A DNA stretch of 64,000 nt from a virus. Every line of letters starts with the position of its first letter. Position 1 is the first letter of the stretch. The DNA lies in the IMG/VR virus record IMGVR_UViG_3300025087_000054, positions 1 through 64,000 of that record, one strand, 5' to 3'. Below the pieces are notes generated by a model. That model was given only the letters and a program-made list of their open reading frames with translations, was not told where the DNA came from and did no database searches. This document shows positions 48,518 through 58,327 of the stretch, in pieces. Position numbers and translations under genes: made by a program.

Positions 48518-49189
48518 ATGAGTTTATTAGTAACAAATGCTCAAGCATCTCGTTATCTTGATGACGTTATGTATAGTTATTTAGATAAGATTAGGGTTAA
48601 TGAGATTAAGGTTGTTGCGTTAAATGCAAGACAAGTACGATTAATACGTAATAAAATATTGGATGATGCTAATGTACAGTATTGGTTTGAGGATAGTAGG
48701 GGTAAAAAGTACACTATGGCGGCGTATGCAGTAGAGCGAGATTCTGTTCAGGCGGAATGTTTATATACAGGTGATTTGTTGGTGGATATAACAGAAAGTT
48801 TAAAAACAAATACATTGCTACCAATGTGGCAGTTGGCACGAGGTAACGTATCAGATTACAAGTTATTATTCAGTATACAATTGGCAATATCGAATGAGGT
48901 ACTGGTTACTATGCCAAATAATTTTTTTTCGTGTAGTAAGAAAGAAGAAAAAATAAATAAATTGTTTAAAATATTGGGTAATTATATGGGGGGACTTGTA
49001 ACAGGTTATATGGAATATGTAGTACAATATCCGCACAAATTTGTAGTACAAAGTTTGAGAGTGGGTAGCATATCGTTTGATGTTCAATTAGATGTGCATG
49101 AGCTTATAAATAACGCTAAACGAATAATACGACACAATAGTATGAGGGTAGTAACAAGTAAAAAAACTTTACAAATACAAAAACAATAA
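48518..49189 (+). CDS. hypothetical protein
   Basis: ORF packing. Confidence 0.6.
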   Translation: MSLLVTNAQASRYLDDVMYSYLDKIRVNEIKVVALNARQVRLIRNKILDDANVQYWFEDSRGKKYTMAAYAVERDSVQAECLYTGDLLVDITESLKTNTLLPMWQLARGNVSDYKLLFSIQLAISNEVLVTMPNNFFSCSKKEEKINKLFKILGNYMGGLVTGYMEYVVQYPHKFVVQSLRVGSISFDVQLDVHELINNAKRIIRHNSMRVVTSKKTLQIQKQ

Positions 49190-49195
49190 TATAAT
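49154..49195 (+). promoter_or_regulatory. conserved promoter motif copy 4
   Basis: ACAAGTAAAAAAACTTTACAAAT; TTTACA-16-TATAAT, inside 3' end of upstream CDS. Confidence 0.8.
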
Positions 49196-49222
49196 TAAGT
49201 TACGATTAATTAATGTTTTAAA

Positions 49223-49420
49223 ATGGAAAAAGTAAAAGTTACAGTTACATTTGAATTAGGGGATCAAATATTACACACGGCTACGAAAGAGATAAATGCC
49301 GATATACTTGCTTTGAAAAGGCAAAGAGTCTTTCAGTTTGAACATGATTGCGGGAAGTTTATTGGGTTGCAGATGCCTATTGTGTTTGAAGCGTTTGATA
49401 ATTTATCAAAAAATGAGTAA
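49223..49420 (+). CDS. hypothetical protein
   Basis: ORF after promoter. Confidence 0.55.
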   Translation: MEKVKVTVTFELGDQILHTATKEINADILALKRQRVFQFEHDCGKFIGLQMPIVFEAFDNLSKNE

Positions 49421-49670
49421 TACTTGTATTAAATGTGGTCAAAATATATTGGATAAAGCTACAGTGTTTGATTTTATGTTGATTGACGATATCGGATTAA
49501 AGTTATTTGAGGTAAGTAAAGTAACTGTGCGTACGAGTCATTTGGTTACAGGTAAAGATACTGTAATATGTTGCTCATTACAATGTGCAAGGGCATATTG
49601 TTATAGTATAATAGATGATTTTTTGGGGGAGTTACGGCCACCGATAGGGCGAAAAAATATTGTAAATTAA
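49413..49670 (+). CDS. small zinc-binding protein
   Basis: CIKC ... CCSLQC; start refined to MSNTC. Confidence 0.55.
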   Translation: MSNTCIKCGQNILDKATVFDFMLIDDIGLKLFEVSKVTVRTSHLVTGKDTVICCSLQCARAYCYSIIDDFLGELRPPIGRKNIVN

Positions 49671-49695
49671 ATTTTTATTTTTTAATTTTTATTTT

Positions 49696-50613
49696 ATGTC
49701 TGATGAACTCAGCTATGTTGCACCCTCGCAAAAAAGAGGTGAAACGCTCCGTCCAGCGTTGGAGTTTGCTCCATTACAAGACGAATCTTATATTGCTAAA
49801 ATTGTGGGTATGTCTTTGAGACATAAGCCAGGGTTTAAGCAAACAAAAGCGGGCAAGTGGTTTATGGATTTTAGCCAGCCAAAACCTATTTTTGACGTGG
49901 TTTTAGCTATTTATAAACGTAAAGCCGAAGATGGTATTTTAGATGTAAATGGACAGGTAGTAAAACCGTTATTAAGGCGAGTAAATATTGAGATAAGTGC
50001 ATTATCACCAGATTTTAAGAAAGATAAAGCACCTACATTATCAAGATCCTTATTATGTTATGCTACCAATCAGGAAGTGTCTGGAGCTATTAAGACACCA
50101 GTTCCAGTTTTTTATAATACTATAAAGAGATGTTTTGCTAGTGCAGACAGTGCAAAAAAATACGATACTGATTTACGTAAATTATTTAAGGGAGAAAGTC
50201 CTAAGCTTAAAACGTATGCCGATATTGCTGGGTATAAGGAAGGTATACGGCATATTTGGGATTTGAGAAAATTAGTTGGTCGTTATGTTGGTGTACATTT
50301 AATTGTGAATGGTGATTTTAATAAGGCATACGATTTTTCAAGAGTACCAGAAACATTTAAGGCAGATTTGGAAATAGAACAAAAAGGTCTCGAAAAACTA
50401 GAGGAATCAGAGAAAAAACGGATAGAACGTGTAAGAGCAAGAGAGGAACGGGAGGGATTTACTATTGATATACAGAATGAAGAGTTAATAGGGCAACAAG
50501 AACTTAGTCAGGAATCTAGTAAGGTTGTTGATGCGGGTAACGATGGTGTGGTGGATAATTTGACTGATACAGTTGAAAATGAGACTATTGAGGTAGAAAA
50601 TATTGATTTTTAA
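49696..50613 (+). CDS. hypothetical protein, possible ssDNA-binding protein
   Basis: Y.AKIV N-terminus, acidic tail ending IDF. Confidence 0.4.
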   Translation: MSDELSYVAPSQKRGETLRPALEFAPLQDESYIAKIVGMSLRHKPGFKQTKAGKWFMDFSQPKPIFDVVLAIYKRKAEDGILDVNGQVVKPLLRRVNIEISALSPDFKKDKAPTLSRSLLCYATNQEVSGAIKTPVPVFYNTIKRCFASADSAKKYDTDLRKLFKGESPKLKTYADIAGYKEGIRHIWDLRKLVGRYVGVHLIVNGDFNKAYDFSRVPETFKADLEIEQKGLEKLEESEKKRIERVRAREEREGFTIDIQNEELIGQQELSQESSKVVDAGNDGVVDNLTDTVENETIEVENIDF

Positions 50614-50626
50614 TCTATATAAAACT

Positions 50627-50893
50627 ATGTCAAAGAAAAAAAATAAATTTGGTGAGTATGTGTCAGATACAGATAGTGAAATAGTAGAGGAACAGGTATT
50701 AGTTAATAATATATCGAGTATGGAAAATATATTAGATAATGGCCAATCAGTTAAGGAAACTATAGAGGAACAAAAATTAGTACCAAAAACAATAAAAATT
50801 GATCCAATGGAATTAAAATTTACGCCTGTGGTAGTAAAACCCAAAAAATTACGCCCAGGCGTAAAGTCGGGAGTACAAATTAAAGCAGTTTAA
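50627..50893 (+). CDS. hypothetical protein
   Basis: ORF packing; start refined. Confidence 0.5.
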   Translation: MSKKKNKFGEYVSDTDSEIVEEQVLVNNISSMENILDNGQSVKETIEEQKLVPKTIKIDPMELKFTPVVVKPKKLRPGVKSGVQIKAV

Positions 50894-50895
50894 AA

Positions 50896-51276
50896 ATGGC
50901 TTACGCAAGAATTACATATCGAGCAGTTATTAATATATTAGTCCAGACAGGTAAATTGTCCGCGGATAAAGCAATGGAAGTGGCGGATGCGGTGTTTGAT
51001 TTATTGGAAAAGGAAAAACCAGTGCTACAAACACCGCAGGTATTAAATAATATAGGATCAGATCGGGTGGATGAAAATCATGTGGTAAAAGTAAAAGAGA
51101 CGGACAATAAAAATAAGACTGTTTTAACTGTACATAGTAGTTTGACTGGTGGTAAACCAACACCACAAAAAGTAGTTAAGCCACAAGGGTGTGGTTATGT
51201 GAATAAAAAAGGTGAGTTTGTGCCGACATGGAAAAAACTAACAACGCTTGACCCGTTTAAAGATAATGGAAAATAA
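50896..51276 (+). CDS. hypothetical protein
   Basis: ORF packing. Confidence 0.55.
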   Translation: MAYARITYRAVINILVQTGKLSADKAMEVADAVFDLLEKEKPVLQTPQVLNNIGSDRVDENHVVKVKETDNKNKTVLTVHSSLTGGKPTPQKVVKPQGCGYVNKKGEFVPTWKKLTTLDPFKDNGK

Positions 51277-51637
51277 TTTAGATATCGGCATATCAGAGGG
51301 TACAGCGGAGTGGTTATTAGGTAAACAAAGGCGGTGTGTAGAATGTGGTTCAGTTAATAGGGAGATACATCATCGAATATATAGGAGTCAGTGGAGTCAG
51401 GAATATATAAATAATTTTTTTGGAATGGCATTTGTCGTATATGAACAGTGTTATAAAAAAGTGTTAATTATTTGGGGATTACATTCAGTTCAAAATTTAG
51501 TGTGCTTATGTAATAAATGCCATACAAGATTACATAGTGGTAATGCTCCAATGTTGGCTAAAAAATATAGATTAAGTTTTACGTGTCCTAGAACAGGGTA
51601 TAATGTATTTTATAAAAAACGAGTATGTCATTATTAA
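51266..51637 (+). CDS. HNH endonuclease
   Basis: CVECG...EIHHRI.RS ... NLVCLC.KCH..LH. Confidence 0.85.
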   Translation: MENNLDIGISEGTAEWLLGKQRRCVECGSVNREIHHRIYRSQWSQEYINNFFGMAFVVYEQCYKKVLIIWGLHSVQNLVCLCNKCHTRLHSGNAPMLAKKYRLSFTCPRTGYNVFYKKRVCHY

Positions 51638-52104
51638 ATAAAACATTGTTGGCGATTGATCCAAGTATAAATAAACTTGGGGTGGCTGTATTTAAAGGGC
51701 GGAAAATGGTTTTTTGTAGCACATTAACTACTAAATTAGAGGGGGATAATAGATATGTGGAAATCACGTTAAAAATTAAGGAGTTGATTAATAAAGTCAA
51801 GCCAGATGTTTTTGCTATTGAGACGCAATATATGAGCTTTCAGAGTAATGCGGCGTTTAAAATTGCCGAAGTGAAGGGTATATGTAGGGCATTATTTTTA
51901 TCTTTTAATAGTTCAGGGCAAATGATAGATGTTGGCCCAAGCGAGGTAAAAAAAGTAATGGGTATGCCAGGCAGAACAAAAAGAAAAGAAGCTAAAATAT
52001 TATCAGTTCAATTTGCGAAAGATAATTTTGGTATAACGGTGGACGATAATCAGTCCGATGCTATAGGTATAGGTATGGTGGCGTTAGCTAAAATAAGACT
52101 ATAA
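51625..52104 (+). CDS. ruvC: Holliday junction resolvase RuvC-like
   Basis: LAIDPS...GVA, AIE, PS.VKK, DN..DAIGI. Confidence 0.88.
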   Translation: MSLLNKTLLAIDPSINKLGVAVFKGRKMVFCSTLTTKLEGDNRYVEITLKIKELINKVKPDVFAIETQYMSFQSNAAFKIAEVKGICRALFLSFNSSGQMIDVGPSEVKKVMGMPGRTKRKEAKILSVQFAKDNFGITVDDNQSDAIGIGMVALAKIRL

Positions 52105-52116
52105 TTTTAAATAAGA

Positions 52117-52158
52117 TCAAGCCCAAAAACTTTACAAATTATAATTAAAATATATAAT
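52117..52158 (+). promoter_or_regulatory. conserved promoter motif copy 5
   Basis: TCAAGCCCAAAAACTTTACAAAT; TTTACA-16-TATAAT. Confidence 0.8.
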
Positions 52159-52184
52159 GTATATGTAATTAATTTTTATTGTTT

Positions 52185-52505
52185 ATGAGAAAAAGGCAAA
52201 TTAATAAGCATAGTTATTTTTATTTAATTGCTATTTTATTTGTTATAGGTTTGGTTAGCAGTATAAGTTATAAATCTAGCTCGGCAGTTAGTTATACATG
52301 TACGGATTTTTATGTACATATTTTTCAGGGTAAGTATTTAGGGGAATGGCCGATAGATAATATTAGAGCAGGGGATAGTTTTAAAATATCAAATACAGAG
52401 GAGTATATTATTAGTTATGGGGATACTTGGAGTAAATTAGTTAGTAAATTTGGTTTAGATAATATTAAAAAATATAATTGTTATGAGTTTATTAGTAAAA
52501 AATAG
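52185..52505 (+). CDS. membrane-anchored LysM-like protein
   Basis: N-terminal TM; YIISYGDTWSKLVSKFG....KYN. Confidence 0.55.
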   Translation: MRKRQINKHSYFYLIAILFVIGLVSSISYKSSSAVSYTCTDFYVHIFQGKYLGEWPIDNIRAGDSFKISNTEEYIISYGDTWSKLVSKFGLDNIKKYNCYEFISKK

Positions 52506-52980
52506 CGATGTTCGTGTAATTTTACGTAACTGTTTAGATAGTATTCAGTTTGATTTAGAAGGCGGTGTAGCTAGGATGACAGAACACAATGGGCTAGTGG
52601 TGGGCAATTTATTATATAAGTTACGGGAATCTGTGCGTATAGAGGTAACAGAAGGTAAATCACCGTATGCAACTAAATATGTTATGTATATAGTACTATC
52701 TAATGATACTGTTCAGATAAGAGATAATAGTATACCAAGTAGTAAACATGGTAGTTGTTTAAGAGGTATTTTTACAGAGTCTTGCAGTAATAAGTTTTTT
52801 GTGGCAATAGATAGAGTAGGTAGTTTTGAGTTTGCAATAAATGACATGGAGTTGTATGCAGAATATGTAGCTGAAAAATTATATTTAAATGATAATATGG
52901 GAAAGTCAAGGACGGTACGAGATACGGCAAATTTTTTAAATGGTATTCGTAAATTTTTATTACAAAATGCAATTACGTGA
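52483..52980 (+). CDS. hypothetical protein
   Basis: ORF packing. Confidence 0.55.
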   Translation: MSLLVKNSDVRVILRNCLDSIQFDLEGGVARMTEHNGLVVGNLLYKLRESVRIEVTEGKSPYATKYVMYIVLSNDTVQIRDNSIPSSKHGSCLRGIFTESCSNKFFVAIDRVGSFEFAINDMELYAEYVAEKLYLNDNMGKSRTVRDTANFLNGIRKFLLQNAIT

Positions 52981-55756
52981 TTATCAAATTAAGTGTATTA
53001 ATAGTATTGCTAGTGCTATTAAACGAGGAGTACGGCGAATGGTGATTGAGTTAGCAACAGGTTTAGGGAAAACTATAATTTTCGCACAATTACCACAACA
53101 AGTCAAGCGATCAGGTAAAAAGACATTGGTTTTAGCACATCGGGACGAGTTGTTACAGCAGGCTAAAGATAAAATTTTAGCTATATCGCCAGAATTATCT
53201 GTTGAGATAGAACAAGGAGGTAATAAAGCAGAACCAGATGCTGATGTAATAATAGCGTCCGTTCAGACATTAGGGCGTAAAGAATCAAAACGAATACAAA
53301 AATTTAATCCAGGTCATTTTGGGTTAGTAATAGTTGACGAATGCCATCACTCCTGCTCTAGTAGCTATTTACATATACTTGAATATATGGGCTGTTATAG
53401 TAAGGAGGGAGACGAGCTGAATAAGTGTCCTGTGTTATTAGGCGTAACAGCAACACCAGAACGGCATGATGGGCAGGGATTAGATAAAGTGTATCAGGAA
53501 ATAGTATTTAGGTATGGGCTACAGGAAGGTGTGCAGAACGGGTATTTAGCTCCAATTAAAGCGTATACAGTGCGAACCAATGAGGATTTAAGTGGTATTA
53601 AATTACGTAACGGTGATTTTGCGGTAGAGGAGTTAGCAGAAACTGTAAATTGTCCTGTACGAAATAAAATAGTTGTGGATGCTTATACTAGATTAGTAAA
53701 AGGAGAGCCAGCAATAGCTTTTGCGGTTGATGTACAGCACTCAGAAGATTTGGCTGAGTTATTTAGGCAAAATAAGTATACGGCTCAGTCAGTTACGGGC
53801 AATACTGATACAGAAACACGGCAACAAATAATGTCGGATTTTAGGGCAGGTAAATTACAAGTACTTGTTAATTGTATGGTTGCCACAGAGGGGTTTGATT
53901 GTTTAGACGACAAGACGGAGATACTAACTGATGTAGGGTGGGTGGGTATATCTAATATGGAGAAGGCTAGTAACTGTTTTAGTCTTAATCTTGAAGAAGG
54001 TGTTATAGAAATTGTTCCTATATTAGCGAGGGGTAAACGACCATTAAAAGTAAGTGAGCGTATGGTAGAGTTTAAAAATCAACATTATAATTTGAGAGTT
54101 ACAGAGGGGCATAGTATTTATATTAAAGGTAGAACTAAAGGGCATGTGGGTAAAAATTGGATGTGTAAGTCAGCAAAGGAATTGGTAGAGAGGTTGGGTG
54201 TATTTGCTTTACCTATGAGTGGCGATTATTGCAGTGAGAATAGTTTAGGTGTTTTACTTAGTGATGAGGAGTTGCGTATTATAGCTTGGTACATAACGGA
54301 CGGGTATTTGTCAAAAAACAATAGAGCATTATGTGTTTATCAAAGTTGTTCATCAAAATATAATAAAAGGTATGTGGTAGAAATAGAGGAATTATTAGTG
54401 TCTTTAGGGTGGGATTATGGTAAAAGAGTTAGATATAGTGGTAGAACGGCGTATAAGAAAGAAACTATTATGATGGAATTTAGAATACCGAAAGGAACAT
54501 CACGGATTAGCACTAGAATGCGTACTGGGTATAATAGTTTAGAAAAGTATCTTAAAAAGGAATTATCAGAAGAATTAATGTTAATGTCCCCACGGCAATT
54601 TTTATTGTTTTGGAAGGAGTTATTAAAAGGTGATGGGTGTGGGTATAAGGCTAACGGTGAAAAACGATCTTGGTTATGCACTAGTAATAAGTTATTAGTG
54701 GATAGAATACAAGAGTTAGCGATTAGGTGTGGGTTTGCTACATCTGTTAATTTATCAAAAGCTACAATAACGGGTAAGGATATATGGTATTTAACGGTAC
54801 GAGAAAAAAAGTTTTTATGCACACAAGCTAGAAAAGTTAAAGATGAAGGTAGGCATATTGCGTATAGTAGTGTAGTTAAGAACGAAAACGTGTGGTGTAT
54901 GGAGAATAAGAATAAAACGTTAGTTGTTCGCCGAGAAGGAAAAGTGTCTATTATAGGGAATTGTCCAAGGATTAGGGCGGTGTTATTTGCTAGACCCACA
55001 AAATCAAGTGTTGTGTATAAACAACAGGCGGGTAGAGGCACAAGATTATTTGCAGGTAAAGATCATGTAAAATTTATCGATTTTGTGGATAATATGGAAA
55101 GGTATGATTTATGTTCAGCGTCTACGTTAATAGGGCTTAATCAGCCTATTCAGGCTAATGGGGAGGATTTATTTTCAGTAAAAGACAAGTTTGAAGAGTT
55201 GCTTGCTAGTAATCCTATGGTAAATGTGTTTGATGTTAATATAAATAATATTGATAAATTAATTAAGGAGGTAAATATATTTGCTTTAGCACAATTAACT
55301 ACGGAGGTACAAAAATTTAGTAAATATAGTTGGAATAAGTTTATGGAAGGGTATCGTATAAGTTTAGGAGCAAAAGACGATGAACGGGACTTTGCCGAAA
55401 TACGTGAAAATATGCTAGGGCAGTATGAGGCTGTATTTTACAGTTTAAAAGCGATTAAACCATCTTTCATCAATGGGTATAGTAAAACACAGCGTATGGA
55501 TAAGTTTAGGGCAACTGGGGCGGACAAGGTAAGTGCTTTGCAAAAAGCGGATAGTATAATTTATAGTAATTTTGATGATCGTATTAATTTGGTTAAACAA
55601 AATGCGGGTTGGCGGAGTGATGGTGTTACTGATAAACAAAAAGTATTATTAATAAAATTTGGTCATCGGGAGTCTGATGTGGTTAAATTAACGAAAGGGC
55701 AGGCGAGTATTTTATTAGATAAATGTTTTTCAGAACGCTCACGTCGTAAAAAATAA
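52967..55756 (+). CDS. superfamily 2 (DEAD/DEAH, ResIII-like) helicase, intein-containing
   Basis: LRDYQ, LATGLGKT, DECHH, TATP, TEGFD, QQAGRGTR. Confidence 0.93.
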   Translation: MQLRDYQIKCINSIASAIKRGVRRMVIELATGLGKTIIFAQLPQQVKRSGKKTLVLAHRDELLQQAKDKILAISPELSVEIEQGGNKAEPDADVIIASVQTLGRKESKRIQKFNPGHFGLVIVDECHHSCSSSYLHILEYMGCYSKEGDELNKCPVLLGVTATPERHDGQGLDKVYQEIVFRYGLQEGVQNGYLAPIKAYTVRTNEDLSGIKLRNGDFAVEELAETVNCPVRNKIVVDAYTRLVKGEPAIAFAVDVQHSEDLAELFRQNKYTAQSVTGNTDTETRQQIMSDFRAGKLQVLVNCMVATEGFDCLDDKTEILTDVGWVGISNMEKASNCFSLNLEEGVIEIVPILARGKRPLKVSERMVEFKNQHYNLRVTEGHSIYIKGRTKGHVGKNWMCKSAKELVERLGVFALPMSGDYCSENSLGVLLSDEELRIIAWYITDGYLSKNNRALCVYQSCSSKYNKRYVVEIEELLVSLGWDYGKRVRYSGRTAYKKETIMMEFRIPKGTSRISTRMRTGYNSLEKYLKKELSEELMLMSPRQFLLFWKELLKGDGCGYKANGEKRSWLCTSNKLLVDRIQELAIRCGFATSVNLSKATITGKDIWYLTVREKKFLCTQARKVKDEGRHIAYSSVVKNENVWCMENKNKTLVVRREGKVSIIGNCPRIRAVLFARPTKSSVVYKQQAGRGTRLFAGKDHVKFIDFVDNMERYDLCSASTLIGLNQPIQANGEDLFSVKDKFEELLASNPMVNVFDVNINNIDKLIKEVNIFALAQLTTEVQKFSKYSWNKFMEGYRISLGAKDDERDFAEIRENMLGQYEAVFYSLKAIKPSFINGYSKTQRMDKFRATGADKVSALQKADSIIYSNFDDRINLVKQNAGWRSDGVTDKQKVLLIKFGHRESDVVKLTKGQASILLDKCFSERSRRKK
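53900..54961 (+). mobile_element. intein with LAGLIDADG endonuclease (354 aa) in helicase
   Basis: TEGFD|CLDDKTEILT...IIGN|CPRI; IAWYITDG and ELLKGDG motifs. Confidence 0.92.
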
Positions 55757-55777
55757 TTTATTTTTTAATTTTATGCT

Positions 55778-56413
55778 ATGGCACAGTCGATTGAACCTTG
55801 TTATGCAGAGCAGATAATGACAATAGATACTAATGGAGATATAAGAGATAAAGGAGAATCCGCACCACGATCAACTATAGATTGTTTATTGGCTCAGTTT
55901 ACGCATGTAATTGCTGGGTTAGATATTGTAGATACACATAATCAACATTTAGTACAAAGAAAGAGAATAAAGCCGTTAGAACAATCTATGTTAAGTGTAG
56001 CGGTAGCGGGTCATGTGCCATATAGTGATAGTTTATCTAAAGAGTATGTGGGTAATTTTTTATCTATTGATTATTTAAAAGAGTCGGTCATAGATGCTGT
56101 ACGAAAAGAGTTAGGTCAAAAATTGGCATTATATTTTAACATTCAGGAACAAGATTTAGGAGTACCAGATTTTAGATTGGATAGTTCAAGTACGGGTAAT
56201 GCTATGAATCATTTACTGGCGTTATTTACGTGGAAAATACCTTGGCTAGATAGTAATACAGTTCAAACTTTATTTGAGCCGAGTTCGGAGTCGGATGGTG
56301 TACTGATTGCAAGTCAGGATATGTTACCAGATATTGTGCATAGGGTTAAAACAGATATTTTTATGTACCCACCAATGCGACAACTTTTTGAAAAATGGCT
56401 AATAAGGGCATAA
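55778..56413 (+). CDS. hypothetical protein
   Basis: ORF. Confidence 0.6.
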   Translation: MAQSIEPCYAEQIMTIDTNGDIRDKGESAPRSTIDCLLAQFTHVIAGLDIVDTHNQHLVQRKRIKPLEQSMLSVAVAGHVPYSDSLSKEYVGNFLSIDYLKESVIDAVRKELGQKLALYFNIQEQDLGVPDFRLDSSSTGNAMNHLLALFTWKIPWLDSNTVQTLFEPSSESDGVLIASQDMLPDIVHRVKTDIFMYPPMRQLFEKWLIRA

Positions 56414-56425
56414 TATTTATTTAGA

Positions 56426-56467
56426 ACAAGCTAAAAAACTTTACAAATAGTAAGCATACTATATAAT
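56426..56467 (+). promoter_or_regulatory. conserved promoter motif copy 6
   Basis: ACAAGCTAAAAAACTTTACAAAT; TTTACA-16-TATAAT. Confidence 0.85.
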
Positions 56468-56499
56468 AAAAACGTGATATTAATTACTAACTTATTAAT

Positions 56500-56664
56500 A
56501 TGACTCAAGTATTAGATATAGATGAATCAGAGGGGCTAGATATAATTGAGGAGATGGGTAGATGTAGCTCATGTGGTGAGGATTTGATGATGGAAAATGT
56601 AGGATACGATGAGCCAAATGGGCCAAGTAAATTAGAATGGCATTGTCAAAATGGTTGCTTTTAA
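56500..56664 (+). CDS. 54-aa acidic zinc-ribbon protein (not in ORF track)
   Basis: MTQVLDIDESEG...CSSCG...CQNGCF right after promoter. Confidence 0.6.
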   Translation: MTQVLDIDESEGLDIIEEMGRCSSCGEDLMMENVGYDEPNGPSKLEWHCQNGCF

Positions 56665-56682
56665 TTTTTAATTTTTTTAAAT

Positions 56683-56895
56683 ATGGATGATGTATTTAGT
56701 AACCACAATAAAGATTTAAGTGACGACCAAGAGGAATCAATGATGAGGATAAAAGAAAAAGCAGCAGAATTATTGCTAATAATTGAGGAGGATGCGGGTA
56801 CGGAGAGATCCGAAAGTAATAGATATAGAGCGATTGCTAAAACACATTTGGAAATAGCCATTATGATGGCGTGTAAAGCGGTTTGTATTGATTAA
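56683..56895 (+). CDS. Acb2-like anti-CBASS cyclic-nucleotide sponge
   Basis: DLS..Q...M.RIKE.A..L..I and R..AIAKT.LE.A.M.A.KAV resemble the two-helix Acb2 pattern. Confidence 0.7.
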   Translation: MDDVFSNHNKDLSDDQEESMMRIKEKAAELLLIIEEDAGTERSESNRYRAIAKTHLEIAIMMACKAVCID

Positions 56896-56906
56896 ATAAA
56901 TACTAT

Positions 56907-57362
56907 ATGCTTGCAGAACTAATTTTCAGCTATATTGTAACGATAATAGCTAAAACGGAGTTATATAATGAAAAACAGATTTTACCAGATCAATTAGAAC
57001 CAACAGCACAAATTTATCAGTTAGCGGGGGAGGAGTATAATTATCCATGGCAGATATTATCAGCAATACATGAAAAAGAGCGTAATAGATATATTGGTCA
57101 TAAATTATCGAGTGCGGGGGCGAAAGGGTGTATGCAATTTATGCCAAATACGTTTAAATTTTATGGCGTAGATGGGAATAGGGATGGGCAAATAGATATA
57201 TATAATTGTACGGACGCTATTTATTCAGCGGCGAATTATTTGTCTAAAAATAAAAAAGTGAGTAGTACATGGAATAGTATTTGGAGATATAATCACGATA
57301 ATAAGTACGTATCGGATGTGTGGCGAATAGCCAAAGATTTGGGATGGAAAGGTGGTAATTAA
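56907..57362 (+). CDS. lytic transglycosylase (SLT family), N-terminal anchor
   Basis: PWQILSAIHEKE, SSAGAKG.MQFMP.TF, DAIYSAANYL, YNH...YV. Confidence 0.9.
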   Translation: MLAELIFSYIVTIIAKTELYNEKQILPDQLEPTAQIYQLAGEEYNYPWQILSAIHEKERNRYIGHKLSSAGAKGCMQFMPNTFKFYGVDGNRDGQIDIYNCTDAIYSAANYLSKNKKVSSTWNSIWRYNHDNKYVSDVWRIAKDLGWKGGN

Positions 57363-57408
57363 ATTAATGGTAAGATGTGCTCGTTTTATAGATTAATTAA
57401 AAATTAGT

Positions 57409-57939
57409 ATGAAAAAAATATTGGTATGCCCATTATGTAGGTATCAGTCCGATTCGGAATCTGCGGATAGACTACGATATGTAGATTATTTGCAAGATAA
57501 AAGTAAGTATGATGATAGGTATTTATGCCCTTGTTGTGTACAAGCTATTGAGCATTGCCCTATATGTAGGGAAAAGCCAAATGGAGTATTAGTGCAAAGG
57601 GAAGGTGAAAGAGGATTGTATGACTCAAATAAAGTTATAGAGTGGTCAAAAAACCCGCCTTGTACGGAATGTAAAGAGCTGATAAATGACCCAGAGAATA
57701 TTTGTATACTTTGTGATAGGTGTGATAGTTTGACAGTCTCCGATTATACTTATATGTTACAAATTTTTCCGAATTTGGCTAGACTAACGCCAGTGCATGT
57801 TAAGCAGTGTCCCGCATGTAAAGACGTAAGAGAGCAATTTTTTAAGTATTATACGGAAGCAGATGCTAAGATATTAGAGGAGATTAAGTCCGACTTGTGG
57901 CATACTGCAAAAATATTACGTAAATATTATCCAAGATGA
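57409..57939 (+). CDS. Cys-rich zinc-binding protein
   Basis: Six CxxC pairs. Confidence 0.6.
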   Translation: MKKILVCPLCRYQSDSESADRLRYVDYLQDKSKYDDRYLCPCCVQAIEHCPICREKPNGVLVQREGERGLYDSNKVIEWSKNPPCTECKELINDPENICILCDRCDSLTVSDYTYMLQIFPNLARLTPVHVKQCPACKDVREQFFKYYTEADAKILEEIKSDLWHTAKILRKYYPR

Positions 57940-58244
57940 GTCAATTAATTACCGATGATAAGTTAAAAACTTGGCTATTTGAGTATTTGGATAGCAAAGG
58001 TATAGATACTTTTTTGCATAATTATTTTGGTACAGAATCGGGGAAGGCTATTTTAAAGCAACTGTTATCTGAAATGTTAAAAAACGATAACGGTGTATTA
58101 CCAACTATAGATAGTTTATGTAGTAATAAGTATTATTGTGCAGGTTTGGAGGATTTTATTAATTTAAAACTAGTAGCTTATCAGAATCAGTTGTTACGTC
58201 CAGATGATGCTCCATATCCAAATAATGGCTTTAGCAAAAGTTAA
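57936..58244 (+). CDS. hypothetical protein
   Basis: ATGA overlap. Confidence 0.55.
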   Translation: MSQLITDDKLKTWLFEYLDSKGIDTFLHNYFGTESGKAILKQLLSEMLKNDNGVLPTIDSLCSNKYYCAGLEDFINLKLVAYQNQLLRPDDAPYPNNGFSKS

Positions 58245-58261
58245 TATAAATGTATAGTAAA

Positions 58262-58304
58262 AAGAGTCAAAAAACTTTACAAAGTTACGCTTAAACTATA
58301 AAAT
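58262..58304 (+). promoter_or_regulatory. conserved promoter motif copy 7
   Basis: AGTCAAAAAACTTTACAAA; TTTACA-17-TAAAAT. Confidence 0.75.
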
Positions 58305-58327
58305 AGTATGTATAAATTAATAAAAAT

